A DNA stretch of 64,000 bases from an uncultured Gemmatimonadaceae bacterium (GCA_963829055.1 CAWHHI010000003.1:32001-96000); one strand, 5' to 3'; positions 1-9,836 are shown, counted from the stretch's first letter. The notes: a model not told the origin generated them from the sequence alone. Made by a program: numbers and translations.

Positions 1-2
1 TC

Positions 3-383
3 CAGGCAAATCGCATCGAGCGCCTCGAACGTCGCGAGCGTCTCGAGCCCGACGATCACCGTACGCGCACCGGCATCCAGCACCGCCGCCACGTCGGCCG
101 CTGTCGACGTCCCGGCGTCTACCCAGAGCGGCACGCCCAGCGCCGCCAGCTCACCGAGCACGCCCCTGTGCATCGCACTCACACCGCGTTCGATGGCGTC
201 GAGATCAGCGACGTACAGCTCGCGGACGCCGAGTGCGTCGACGTACGCACGCCCGAGAGCGACCGCATCGCCATTCACACTCGCTCCCGCGGCCATGCCG
301 ACCGGCGCGTAGGAATCACGTCGGCCCCCACGCGCGTGAACCGCGTGGCCACCCTTGAGATCGATGACGCCGACGACACGCAC
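3..383 (-). CDS. HisA/HisF-related TIM-barrel protein (Orf17-like, H4MPT-linked C1 clusters); runs off the window start
   Basis: Not in ORF track; hand translation from GTG at 383 (GAGG RBS upstream): VRVVGVIDLKGGHAVHARGGRRDSYAPV...ELYVADLDAIE...LWVDAG...VIVGLETL, typical of HisA/F-related proteins; neighbours are C1 cofactor genes. Confidence 0.85.
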   Translation of the reverse strand, partial: MRVVGVIDLKGGHAVHARGGRRDSYAPVGMAAGASVNGDAVALGRAYVDALGVRELYVADLDAIERGVSAMHRGVLGELAALGVPLWVDAGTSTAADVAAVLDAGARTVIVGLETLATFEALDAICL

Positions 384-466
384 GGTCGCGTTACCTCGAA
401 GATGAACAGTGACGGACGATGCCGGCCGCCTCACGTCCTCACGAGCACCTGAATATCATCCACCGC

Positions 467-2140
467 ATGCGCAATTCCAGCGGCACGAGCGGCGTGATTG
501 GGTGGGACATCGGCGGTGTGAACACGAAGGTCGCGCGTGTACAGCACGGTCGCGTACTCGTCGCGCATTCTCACCCGTATGAGATCCAGCGCGATCCGGC
601 CGCGCTCGGCCCTCTGCTCACGACGCTCGCCATGCAGGTCGAATCCACCGCGGGCGACCGGCACGCCGTGACGATGACCGCCGAGCTCTCGCAGATGTTC
701 CGGACGAAGCGAGATGGCGTGGCGTTCGTCCTCGATGCCGTCTCGTCCGCGTTTCCGTCGTCGGACATCCATGTCTACAGCGTCGACGGCCGCTTCCTCT
801 CCCCCGCCGACGCGCGATGCGAGCCGCTCGCCGTTGCGGCGTCCAATTGGGCCGCCACCGCCAGAGTGGTTGCCGCGAGCTACCCTAACGCGATTCTCAT
901 CGACATCGGCACCACCAGCACGGACATCATCCCGATCGAGGACGGAGAGGTCGTCGCCGTGGGAACGACTGACCCGGCGCGTCTCGCCAGCGGGGAGCTC
1001 GTGTACTCCGGCGCGCTTCGCACGGCAGTCGAGGCCATCACAGCGGTCGTCCCGCTCGGCGACACGACGGCAAGCGTGTCGGCCGAGGCGTTCGCGCTCG
1101 TCGGCGACGTCCATGTGTGGCGCGGCGATCTCGCGAGCGACGACTACTCGGTTCCGACTCCCGATGCGAGACCGACGTCGCGCGAGTTCGCCGGCGAGCG
1201 CATCGCCCGCATCGTGTGCGCTGACCGCGAGATGCTGGACGATCGCGCGATCTCCGCGATCGCCGACGCCGTCGCGAGCGCACAGGTGGACGTGATCAGC
1301 AGGGCGATCACACGCGTTCGCGCGCGTCACACGCGTCTCCACACCGCCGTCATCACGGGGCTCGGCTCCTTCATCGCCGCGCGCGCCGCTCGTCAGGCAG
1401 GACTCCACGTCGTTCGCCTAGCCGATTCCATGGGCGACGACGCGTCGCGGTGTGCCCCAGCCGCTGCCGTCGCGCTGCTGCTCGATGGCAGTCTGTCCCA
1501 CCATGCGCCAAGCGCACGGAGGCCGCGTACCACGCCACCTAACGTCGACAGGGCCACGTACCCGGGTATGGCGGACATGGTCGTCAAAGTCGGCGGCGCT
1601 CTGCTCGCCTACCCCACCCTGCTCGACGCCACGCTCCGCGGCATCATCGATGCCGGCACCGACGCGCGCATACTCATTGTCCCCGGCGGCGGTCCATTCG
1701 CCGACGCGGTTCGCGACGCCGATCGACGTATCCACCTCGCCGACGACACCGCGCACTGGATGGCGATACTCGCGATGGACCAGTACGCGCACCTGCTTGC
1801 CGCGCGCCATCCGAGCCTCGCCCTCGCCGTCACCATCGCCGAAGCCGAGGCGATACTGACGCAGCATCGAGTCCCGGTGCTCGCACCGTATCGCTGGCTG
1901 CGACAGGCAGACCCGCTACCGCACTCGTGGGACGTCACGAGCGACAGTATCAGCGCGTGGATCGCCGGAGCCGTCGGCGCTACTCATCTCGTGCTCGTCA
2001 AACCTCCAGGCGCGGATGTCAGCGCGGCGGTCGACCCCCAGTTCTCCCACACACTTCCGACCGGCATTTCGTCACTTACGGTCACGGCTGATGCGAGCGA
2101 TGCGCTCGTCGCGGCGCTGCGCGTCCCCGCGCGACGCTGA
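467..2140 (+). CDS. mfnF-mfnE: Fusion of hydantoinase/oxoprolinase-like MfnF (Orf9) and amino-acid-kinase-family MfnE (Orf21); methanofuran-type cofactor biosynthesis
   Basis: N-part: IGWDIGGVNTK, AVTMTAELSQMF, AASNWAATA, IDIGTTSTDIIP, GELVYSGALRT. C-part from ~1568: VVKVGG, IVPGGGPFADAVR, AHWMAILAMDQY, LPHSWDVTSDSISAW. Start placed at ATG 467. Confidence 0.8.
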   Translation: MRNSSGTSGVIGWDIGGVNTKVARVQHGRVLVAHSHPYEIQRDPAALGPLLTTLAMQVESTAGDRHAVTMTAELSQMFRTKRDGVAFVLDAVSSAFPSSDIHVYSVDGRFLSPADARCEPLAVAASNWAATARVVAASYPNAILIDIGTTSTDIIPIEDGEVVAVGTTDPARLASGELVYSGALRTAVEAITAVVPLGDTTASVSAEAFALVGDVHVWRGDLASDDYSVPTPDARPTSREFAGERIARIVCADREMLDDRAISAIADAVASAQVDVISRAITRVRARHTRLHTAVITGLGSFIAARAARQAGLHVVRLADSMGDDASRCAPAAAVALLLDGSLSHHAPSARRPRTTPPNVDRATYPGMADMVVKVGGALLAYPTLLDATLRGIIDAGTDARILIVPGGGPFADAVRDADRRIHLADDTAHWMAILAMDQYAHLLAARHPSLALAVTIAEAEAILTQHRVPVLAPYRWLRQADPLPHSWDVTSDSISAWIAGAVGATHLVLVKPPGADVSAAVDPQFSHTLPTGISSLTVTADASDALVAALRVPARR

Positions 2141-2830
2141 CGCCGTACGAAGCCCACGCACGAGATCGGCCGACACGCGTCCACTCCGCCCCCCGATGCA
2201 CGCGGCGCCGCGAACCCCCGCCACGTCCGCGCCGGCATCACGCACGCGACCGAGGTCGTCGACACCAAGCTTTCCGGCGACGGCGGCGATCAACTTGAGC
2301 CCGCGCGCTCGCCCCACCCAGGCGGAGAGCTCGATGCGCGACCATAGCGTGGTCAGCCCCGCACCCTCCTTGTCCGCCGTGTCGACCAGCACGCCTCGCG
2401 CACCCGCATGCGCCGCAATCGCGAGAAGCTTCGTCGCGTCGATGCTCGTTCCATGCTCGGCATCGGCGTACGCGACCGCGACGACGCCGCTCGCCGGATT
2501 GCCTCGCTCGCACCCGCGCACACACGCGACGATCAGCCGCTCGACACGGCGCGCATCGGCGATGCCGGCAAAGCCCACTTTGACGAGGCCGGCCCCGCTC
2601 GCCGAGTATTCAAATGCGAGACGCCCGATCGCGGTCTCATCGTGTGCGTCCCCGAGCGCCGCCGTCACGAGTCGAGCCGGAGGTGTCGCAGCGCGAATTT
2701 CACGCAAAACGTCCGGGCTCACGGCACCGAGCGCCCCCCGCGCCGGCTCTTTCGCATCTATCACGTCCGCACCACCCTCGGCCGCCGCGACCGCCTCGTC
2801 GGCGGACCGCACACTCACCAGAAGTCTCAT
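2072..2830 (-). CDS. mfnB: (5-formylfuran-3-yl)methyl phosphate synthase (4-HFC-P synthase, Orf22/DUF556)
   Basis: MRLLVSVRSADEAVAAAEGGADVIDAKEPARGALGA, LVDTADK, AGKLG, GVRGAACIGGR signature. Confidence 0.9.
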   Translation of the reverse strand: MRLLVSVRSADEAVAAAEGGADVIDAKEPARGALGAVSPDVLREIRAATPPARLVTAALGDAHDETAIGRLAFEYSASGAGLVKVGFAGIADARRVERLIVACVRGCERGNPASGVVAVAYADAEHGTSIDATKLLAIAAHAGARGVLVDTADKEGAGLTTLWSRIELSAWVGRARGLKLIAAVAGKLGVDDLGRVRDAGADVAGVRGAACIGGRSGRVSADLVRGLRTASASRGDAQRRDERIARISRDRK

Positions 2831-2902
2831 CGCGCCCTTCGCTCGAGGGTAAGGAACTCAGCGGCGATTGTAGGCGCCGAGCTACCCGCTGTCAAAGCCG
2901 TC

Positions 2903-3021
2903 GTCATTCCGAGCGGAGGCCCGCAGGCGGAGTCGAGGAATCGCGATTGTCCGCGATAGAGGGCCCTCTATCGGGACGATCGCGATTCCTCGACTCGCCT
3001 TCGGCCTCCGCTCGGAATGAC
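2903..3021. repeat. Palindromic GTCATYCCGAG-type repeat element (long hairpin)
   Basis: GTCATTCCGAGCGGAGGCC...GAGTCGAGGAATCGCGAT...ATCGCGATTCCTCGACTC...GGCCTCCGCTCGGAATGAC, a near-perfect 119-bp fold-back. Confidence 0.85.
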
Positions 3022-3086
3022 AAGCCTCGTTCATTGCTCGCGCTTCGCGCGCGAGACACTTTCCTCGCGTCACTCCACGGAGATCC

Positions 3087-3866
3087 TTGTTGGCGACGCC
3101 GAGCGCCCCCCCGTTGCTTGCCGGAATGCGTGTGCTCGTCACTGGTGCGTCCAGCGGAATCGGACGCGCCATCGCGATAGCGTCGGCCCGCGCCGGCGCC
3201 GACGTCGCGGTGACGTACCGGCTCAACGAGCGCGGCGCCCGCGACGTCGCCCGCGAAGTCGAGGCCATTGGCCGACGCGCCCGCGTGGTGCGCCTCGATC
3301 TCGGCGACGTCGCCTCCGTGAACGCCCTCGGCGGCGCCGTTCGCTCCGGCCTCGGTGGCGTGGACGCTTGGGTGAACAACGCCGGAGCCGACGTCCTCAC
3401 CGGTCCCGCCACGACCATGAGCGTGATGGAAAAGCTGGATCTGCTCATGCGCGTCGACCTGCGCGGCACCATGCTCGCGTCATGGCAGGCAGCCGAGCTC
3501 ATGGCAGCGCAGGACAAGGGCGGCGTTATCATCAACATGAGTTGGGACCACGTGCTCACGGGAATGCCGGGCGTCGAAGCACAGCTGTTCTCGGCCGTGA
3601 AGGGCGGCGTGTTGTCGTTCAGCAAGTCGCTCGCGCGTACCGTCGCGCCACGAGTACGCGTCAACGTGCTCGCACCCGGTTGGATCGAGACGGCATATGG
3701 CACCGAAGTCGACGAGACCATTCGGCGACAGGTCGTCGCGTCGACGCCGCTCGAGCGATGGGGAACGCCCGAGGATGTCGCGAGCGCAGCCGTCTATCTC
3801 GCATCGCCCGCAGCATCGTTCGTCACGGGCCAGACGATGCTCGTTGGCGGCGGCGTCGTGATGTGA
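3087..3866 (+). CDS. SDR family NAD(P)-dependent oxidoreductase, atypical (FxxxK in place of YxxxK)
   Basis: TGASSGIG, VNNAG, INMSWD, LFSAVK, VNVLAPGWIET, FVTGQ. Confidence 0.85.
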   Translation: MLATPSAPPLLAGMRVLVTGASSGIGRAIAIASARAGADVAVTYRLNERGARDVAREVEAIGRRARVVRLDLGDVASVNALGGAVRSGLGGVDAWVNNAGADVLTGPATTMSVMEKLDLLMRVDLRGTMLASWQAAELMAAQDKGGVIINMSWDHVLTGMPGVEAQLFSAVKGGVLSFSKSLARTVAPRVRVNVLAPGWIETAYGTEVDETIRRQVVASTPLERWGTPEDVASAAVYLASPAASFVTGQTMLVGGGVVM

Positions 3867-3934
3867 TCGATCTTGCCATTGAGCGCGCGCACTCCTGTCG
3901 CGGTTAGGCACGCAGCCACTCTCGGAGATTTGCC

Positions 3935-4297
3935 GTGTCCAAAAAAGAACCGACGTACGACGACGCCCAGATCGCGGAACAGCTCGCGACGCTCCCGGGC
4001 TGGTACTATGAGGACGGCTGGATTCGTCGCTACTACAAGACGGACGGCTGGCCCACGACGCTCATGCTCGTGAACGCCATCGGCTACGTAGCCGAGGCCG
4101 CGTACCACCACCCCGATCTTTCGGTGACGTGGGCGCGTGTGGGCGTGAAGCTCATGACGCACAGCGCTGGCGGCATCACGGAGAAGGACTTCGCGCTCGC
4201 GCGCCGCATCGAGGAGATCGTGCTCTGGCGCCCAGCGGAAGGCGGTGCGCTCACCGGCACGCCTAACAAGTTCGTCCGGAGCGGCGACCCGCGGTGA
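3935..4297 (+). CDS. pcbD: Pterin-4-alpha-carbinolamine dehydratase
   Basis: AEAAYHHPDL, THSAGGITEKDFALA motifs; GGAG RBS upstream. Confidence 0.9.
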   Translation: MSKKEPTYDDAQIAEQLATLPGWYYEDGWIRRYYKTDGWPTTLMLVNAIGYVAEAAYHHPDLSVTWARVGVKLMTHSAGGITEKDFALARRIEEIVLWRPAEGGALTGTPNKFVRSGDPR

Positions 4298-5712
4298 CCG
4301 AACGACCCGGCGCACCCCGCCGCATCCTGTTCGTCACCGGGAAGCTCGCGGAGCCGGCGCTGCGCCGTGTGCTGTCGGACATGTCGCCGTCGTTCACGTA
4401 CGACGTGTCGGTCCTTGGAATCACTGTCGCGGCGCTGATGACCACGACGTGGATTGCCCGTCACCTCGATGCGGTGCCTGACGACACGGATCTCGTGCTC
4501 ATCCCCGGGCTCTGCGAAGGCGATCCCGAGATCGTTCGCGAGAAGGTCGGACGTCGCGTCGAGAAGGGCCCCAAGGATCTCCGCGAGATCCCGAGGTATT
4601 TCGGCCACCAGCCACCGCGCGACTACGGCGCGTGGGACATTGAGATCGTCGCCGAGATCAACAACGTTCCGCGCCTCACGCGAGAGGCGACGCGTCGCGC
4701 CGCGGACTACTTCCGCGACTCAGGCGCGGATCTCATCGACATTGGGTGCACGCCCGGGCTTCCCTTCCCTCACCTCGCGGACGTCGTGCGCGAGCTCGTG
4801 TCCGCCGGCATGCGCGTGAGCATCGACAGCTTCGACGTCGACGAGATTCGCGCGGGCGTTGGCGCGGGCGCAGAGCTCGTGCTGAGCGTGAACAGCTCGA
4901 ACATCGACGTCGCACCGGATCTCGCTGCCGCAGCGGCACGAGCCGTCGTGGTGCCTGACGCCGGCGAGTCGTTCGAGAGCATCGACCGCACGATCGCAGA
5001 GCTCGATCGACTCGGCGTTCGATACCTGATCGACCCGGTGCTCGAGCCCATCGGCTTCGGCTTCATGGCGTCGCTGGAGCGCTACGCCGAGGCGCGACGA
5101 CGATATCCGGATGCCGAGTTGATGATGGGCATCGGCAACATCACGGAGCTCACTGCAGCCGACTCCACGGGTGTGAACGCGCTGCTCATCGCGATCTGCC
5201 AGGAGTTGGGCATTCGCACGGTGCTCACGACGGAAGTCATTCCGTGGGCTCGCGGCTCGGTGCGCGAGGTCGGCATCGCGCGGCAACTCATGCATCACGC
5301 GATCACCGCGCACACAATCCCGAAGCACCTGGACGATCGTCTCGTGACGATAAAGGATGCTGAGATCTTCGCGTACTCCGAGGACGAGCTTCGCGATCTG
5401 CAGCGCCGCATCACGGACCCGAACTTCCGCATCTTCACCGATCGCGATGTCATCACCGTGCTCAATCGCGAGCACTTCGTGCGCGGCACGGACATTCAGG
5501 ACATCTTCGCGCAGCTCGGCGTCACGGAAGCGACGCACGCCTTCTACCTCGGCAAGGAGCTCGCGAAAGCGAAGCTCGCGATCACACTCGGCAAGACCTA
5601 TCGGCAGGAAGGATCGTTGTCGTGGGGGTATCTCACGCCGCCGGACGACGTGAAGTCCGAGCACGTGCGGCTGACGCAGCGGTCGGCGCGAGCGGGCGAG
5701 CCGCTGCGATGA
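4294..5712 (+). CDS. Dihydropteroate synthase-related protein (Orf20-like, DUF6513 N-terminus), methanopterin biosynthesis
   Basis: LFVTGKLAEPAL, VAALMT, GPKDLRE, GADLIDIG, SIDSFD, GNITELTAADSTG, HAFYLGKELAKA; GTGA overlap with pcbD. Confidence 0.85.
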   Translation: MTERPGAPRRILFVTGKLAEPALRRVLSDMSPSFTYDVSVLGITVAALMTTTWIARHLDAVPDDTDLVLIPGLCEGDPEIVREKVGRRVEKGPKDLREIPRYFGHQPPRDYGAWDIEIVAEINNVPRLTREATRRAADYFRDSGADLIDIGCTPGLPFPHLADVVRELVSAGMRVSIDSFDVDEIRAGVGAGAELVLSVNSSNIDVAPDLAAAAARAVVVPDAGESFESIDRTIAELDRLGVRYLIDPVLEPIGFGFMASLERYAEARRRYPDAELMMGIGNITELTAADSTGVNALLIAICQELGIRTVLTTEVIPWARGSVREVGIARQLMHHAITAHTIPKHLDDRLVTIKDAEIFAYSEDELRDLQRRITDPNFRIFTDRDVITVLNREHFVRGTDIQDIFAQLGVTEATHAFYLGKELAKAKLAITLGKTYRQEGSLSWGYLTPPDDVKSEHVRLTQRSARAGEPLR

Positions 5713-6287
5713 TCATCGAGACCATCGTCACGACCATGGACGCCACCGGCGCGGTGAACATCGCTCCCATGGGCGTGGAGTGGGACGGCGGCGATGATCC
5801 GCCGGTACTCAAGCCGTTTCTCGAGACCACGACGTTCCGTAACGTGACCGCGACTGGCGTCGCCGTCGTGAACCTCGTGGACGACGTGCGCATCTTCGCG
5901 CGTGCGGCTATCTCGAACCCGGATTATCCCGTCGTGCCCGCCGTCGCTGTACGCGGCGTGTGCCTGGAGGCGGCGTGTTCGTGGCGTGAGCTGACGGTGC
6001 GCTCAATGGATAGCACCCCTCCGCGATCGCGCATCGAGACGACGATCGTGCACCGCGGCTTTCGGCGAGAGTTCATCGGCTTCAATCGAGCTCGTCACGC
6101 CGTGCTCGAGGCCGCGATCTACGCCACGCGCGTGCACATGCTCGACCGGTCGTTCATCGAAGCCGAGCTCGCGCGCCTACAGGTGATCGTCGACAAGACT
6201 GCCGGCCCAGCCGAGCATGAAGCGATGGCGCTCCTCACGGAATACGTGCGCTCCGCGCCAGGCACCCGTCCGTTGGCCAATCGTTAG
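5709..6287 (+). CDS. DUF447 family protein (Orf19-like)
   Basis: MIIETIVTT...NIAPMG...LKPF...FNRARHAVLEAAI..TR; ATGA overlap with the upstream gene. Confidence 0.85.
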   Translation: MIIETIVTTMDATGAVNIAPMGVEWDGGDDPPVLKPFLETTTFRNVTATGVAVVNLVDDVRIFARAAISNPDYPVVPAVAVRGVCLEAACSWRELTVRSMDSTPPRSRIETTIVHRGFRREFIGFNRARHAVLEAAIYATRVHMLDRSFIEAELARLQVIVDKTAGPAEHEAMALLTEYVRSAPGTRPLANR

Positions 6288-7328
6288 GTGAGCGGCGACA
6301 CCGTCACCGTCGAGGCTCCGGCGCGCCTGCACTTCGGACTGCTGGACCTCCGCGGCGCGTTAGGGAGGCGCTTCGGTGGCATCGGTGCACCGGCACCCGA
6401 GGTCAGCGCGCGCGTTTCCGTGTCGCTCGCGGATGACGTCGAAGCCGAGGGGCCGGACGCCGGCCGCGCGGTGGAGTTTGCGCGCCGGTTTCTGACGCAC
6501 CACGCGCTCGCCGGCGGTGCTCACGTCCAGGTCGAGCGAGCCATCCCACCACATTCGGGGCTCGGATCCGGAACGCAGCTCGCGTTGTCGATCGCGCGCG
6601 CGTTGGCCGATCTGCATGACGTGAGGGCAACACCACCGGACCTGGCGCGAGCCGTCGGACGCGCGAAGCGATCGGCGGTAGGCACGTGGACGTTCGCCGG
6701 TGGCGGGTTCGTGGTCGAGGGTGGGCGACGCATGGATCAGAACGACGACACCGGCCCGCTGCTCGCGCGCCTCGCGTTTCCGACCGCCTGGCGTTGTGTC
6801 GTAGCGGTACCGAAAGCGCAACCCGGTGTCAGCGGTGCCGCGGAGGCTGAGGCGTTCGCGTCACTGCCATTGCCGGCCGAGCGTGAGGTGGAGCGCGTGT
6901 CGCATCTCGTGCTCATGGCCATGTTGCCCGCGCTCGCCGACGGTGACCTCTCGACATTCGGCGCGGCGCTCACCGAGGTGCAGGAGATCAACGGACGCTG
7001 GTTCTCTCACGCGCAGGGCGGCACGTTCGCGCCGGGCGCGTCGAGCGCCCTCGTGACGCGCATGCGCGAGTGGGGCGCGGCCGGCGTTGGCCAGAGCTCG
7101 TGGGGACCCGCGGTGTACGCGATCGTCGACGGCGATGACGCGGCGCACGACCTCTCGCGCCGCGTGCGTGACGCGGTGGGCGACGGCGGCGCGGTCTACA
7201 CGGGTGCGTTTCCTCCGCATGGCGCGACGTGTCGTCCCGAGCGCAGCAGCCGTCATCCCGGGCGCCAGGGATTGTCATCCCGAGCGCAGCGAAGCGACAG
7301 CGAGGGATCTTCCGTGAAGTACCCATAG
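6288..7328 (+). CDS. mptG: Beta-ribofuranosylaminobenzene 5'-phosphate synthase (GHMP kinase fold)
   Basis: APARLHFGLLDL, RRFGGIG, IPPHSGLGSGTQLAL, RSAVG..TFAGGGFVVEGG, GQSSWGP. Confidence 0.92.
   Translation: MSGDTVTVEAPARLHFGLLDLRGALGRRFGGIGAPAPEVSARVSVSLADDVEAEGPDAGRAVEFARRFLTHHALAGGAHVQVERAIPPHSGLGSGTQLALSIARALADLHDVRATPPDLARAVGRAKRSAVGTWTFAGGGFVVEGGRRMDQNDDTGPLLARLAFPTAWRCVVAVPKAQPGVSGAAEAEAFASLPLPAEREVERVSHLVLMAMLPALADGDLSTFGAALTEVQEINGRWFSHAQGGTFAPGASSALVTRMREWGAAGVGQSSWGPAVYAIVDGDDAAHDLSRRVRDAVGDGGAVYTGAFPPHGATCRPERSSRHPGRQGLSSRAQRSDSEGSSVKYP
7230..7310. repeat. Partial copies of the GTCATCCCGAG repeat inside the mptG 3' end
   Basis: TGTCGTCCCGAGCGCAGC (7230), CGTCATCCCG (7251), TGTCATCCCGAGCGCAGC...CGAGGGATCT (7273-7310); match the left arm of the element at 22013. 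Confidence 0.7.
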
Positions 7329-7571
7329 CCGACGCCGCGGAAAGACGTTAGGCATTGGTCCGATTGCTGCTGACTGTCGGCCATTGTCGCCGGTCATTAC
7401 TTCCGTCGCGGCGGTCATTCCGTCCTCGCAGGCTGGCGACCATTTCGCGCGTGGGTTCCGTCACCGCGCGACGCCGTGCCGTGGGCGACCGTAAGCATGA
7501 TGCCCGGATCGGCACCACACGGCGGCGCTCCACCGGTCCCGGCCTAACGTGTACCCACGGTCGGAGAGACC

Positions 7572-9241
7572 ATGCTTCCTATCTCGTCATCAACCCCTGC
7601 GCGCCGGTCAGACGATCGCGGCGTTACTCTCTGCGCGTCACGTCTCCCGCTGCGTCCCGCTGCTGTTCGTGCTCGCGGCATGCAGTGACGGCGGCATCGT
7701 CGAGCCACCGGCCAGCGTTGTGCGCGGCAGCCCGGCTCATGCCGCGGTCGTCGTGACGCCTGACTACTCCACGTTCGACACGCGCGCTGAGTTCGCGGCG
7801 GCTGGCGTGGTCGATCAGCTGAACGGCTTCGACGAATTCACCGGTGACCCCGTGTACCCGCAATCCACACCGTGGACGACGCATGGCGTGACCTACACGT
7901 CGGCGCCGAACTTCGTGTTCGGCCCCGGTGTCGGCCTCGGCGTCTCGAGCAACGCCGTGTCCACCGAGTTCGGCGCGCCACTATCGGGCACGTTCGCCTC
8001 GGCCGACGCCGTCACCCTGTTCGGCGCCGACATGAGTCTCATCGTCACGGCGGCGCCAGTGAAGCTCGTGCTGTCCACCAATCTGAGGACGTACACGTTC
8101 GACAATCTCGACATTCCGCTCGCCGACGTCGGTCGACGCTTCTTCGGCGTCGCGCTTTCGACACCTGGCGAGTATCTCACCGGATTTCGGTTCGTGGTCG
8201 GCCCGGCGTCGACGCTGCTCCTCGACAACGTTGCCATCGGCCACACCGGTGTGCCAAACGCCCCTCCCGTAGCAACGGCTGGCGGGTCATACACTGGTCA
8301 GGAAGGATCGGCGGTTGCGCTCTCGCTGAGCGGCAGCGACAGGGACGCCGACGCCCTCACGTTTTCGTGGGATCTGGGCGACGGCACCAAGGGCTCGGGA
8401 GCAACTCCTCCGTCGAGCCACGTGTACGTGAACGATGGATCGTACGCCATCACGCTCGCGGTCTCCGATAGCCGCGGTGGCGTCGACACTGCACGCACCA
8501 CAGCCGCGATCTCGAACGTCGCGCCGGTTCTCGCTCCGTTCTCGGTGCAGGCCGCTCCGCTGGCGCTCACGGCCGGCGGCGTGACGCTCTCGGTCTCCGC
8601 CACGTTCACCGATGTCGGCGTCGCCGACGCCCATACCGCCACGCTCGACTGCGGCGTCGGAGCTGTTGCTCCCGCCATCGGCGCCTAACGGGACCGTCGG
8701 TGGCACGTGCCTGTTCACGACCCCGGGCGTCTATACCATCCAACTGACCGTGCGCGACGACGGAGGCGGTAGCGACACGCGATTCGCGACAGGTCAGGCG
8801 GTGGTGTACGACGCGAGCGCCGGGTGGGTGACCGGCGGCGGGTGGATCGCGTCGCCAGTAGGAGCCTACGCTGCGGCTCCGGCGCTGACCGGCAAGCTGA
8901 CGTTCGGCTTTGTGGCGCGCTATCAGTCGTCGACCACGCCGGGTGGGAACGCGGAGTTCAAGCTGAACCTTGGGAAGCTCAGTTTCCGAAGCAGTGCACT
9001 GGACTGGCTGGTGGTCGCCGGGAACACGGCCCAGCTACGGGGCCGCGGTATGATGAACGGTGGCGGCGACTACGCGTTCGAAGTCCTCGCGGTCGATGAT
9101 TCACCAGGTGATGGGGCCCGCATCCGCATCTGGGATCGCACGACGGGCGCGGTCGTCTATGACAACCAGAGGGGCGAACCGCTCGACGCCGGCGCCGTCA
9201 CGGCGCTCGGTGGCGGCAGCATTCAACTCCATCAGCGGTAG
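7572..9241 (+). CDS. PKD-domain lipoprotein (frameshifted near 7.6 kb and ~8.67 kb)
   Basis: Lipobox LLFVLAAC; PKD motifs NAPPVATAGGSY, FSWDLGDG, HVYVNDGSY; continuation frame PGVYTIQLTVRDD...VTGGGWI...TFGFVARY. Confidence 0.7.
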
Positions 9242-9289
9242 GACCGCGCCTGTTGAGTTCTTGATCTTCGCCGCGACCGGCATTATCAA

Positions 9290-9805
9290 ATGGTTGGAAC
9301 GCCAATTGTTACCAGGCGGTGGCAGGCGTTCGCGGCGGGCAAGGTGCTTATGGCGTCTCGAGAGTTCGAAGGCACAGACAGCACGTCGCCCACGACAGCA
9401 AGCGGCCGTTCAACGAGCCGCGATCCGGGGGCGCCTAGCCAGGCGCCCCCGGATCCTGTCGTCGGCACCCCGGAGCATCTGCAGTCCACGTTCGCTCGCG
9501 CCGCGGCTGCCGCAGACCGAGCCGTCGGGATCTGGCTGGCGCGCACGGCGGAGCAGCGGACCCCGGACGACGTGCCGCCAGCCCCAACTGACCGCGCCTC
9601 CGTGGAGTTCCGGGCGCTTCGTGCGGTCGTGCGTGCTTCGGCCACCGCCTACGCGCGGCAACTACGCAGCGAAGGCGCGACTCCTGAGGGAATGCTCGTG
9701 CTCGTTAAGGCAGCGACCGTGAACCACCGCATTCCGAGCTTTGGAGCACAAGAGTTGACGAACGACCTCATTCGGTGGAGTATCGAAGCATATTTCGATG
9801 AGTGA
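9290..9805 (+). CDS. Hypothetical protein
   Basis: ORF co-oriented with PAS/MarR genes; C-terminal helical segment PEGMLVLVK...LIRWSIEAYF; start uncertain. Confidence 0.55.
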   Translation: MVGTPIVTRRWQAFAAGKVLMASREFEGTDSTSPTTASGRSTSRDPGAPSQAPPDPVVGTPEHLQSTFARAAAAADRAVGIWLARTAEQRTPDDVPPAPTDRASVEFRALRAVVRASATAYARQLRSEGATPEGMLVLVKAATVNHRIPSFGAQELTNDLIRWSIEAYFDE

Positions 9806-9836
9806 GATGGCAGTATCGCCCTAGCGCGAGGCACCT

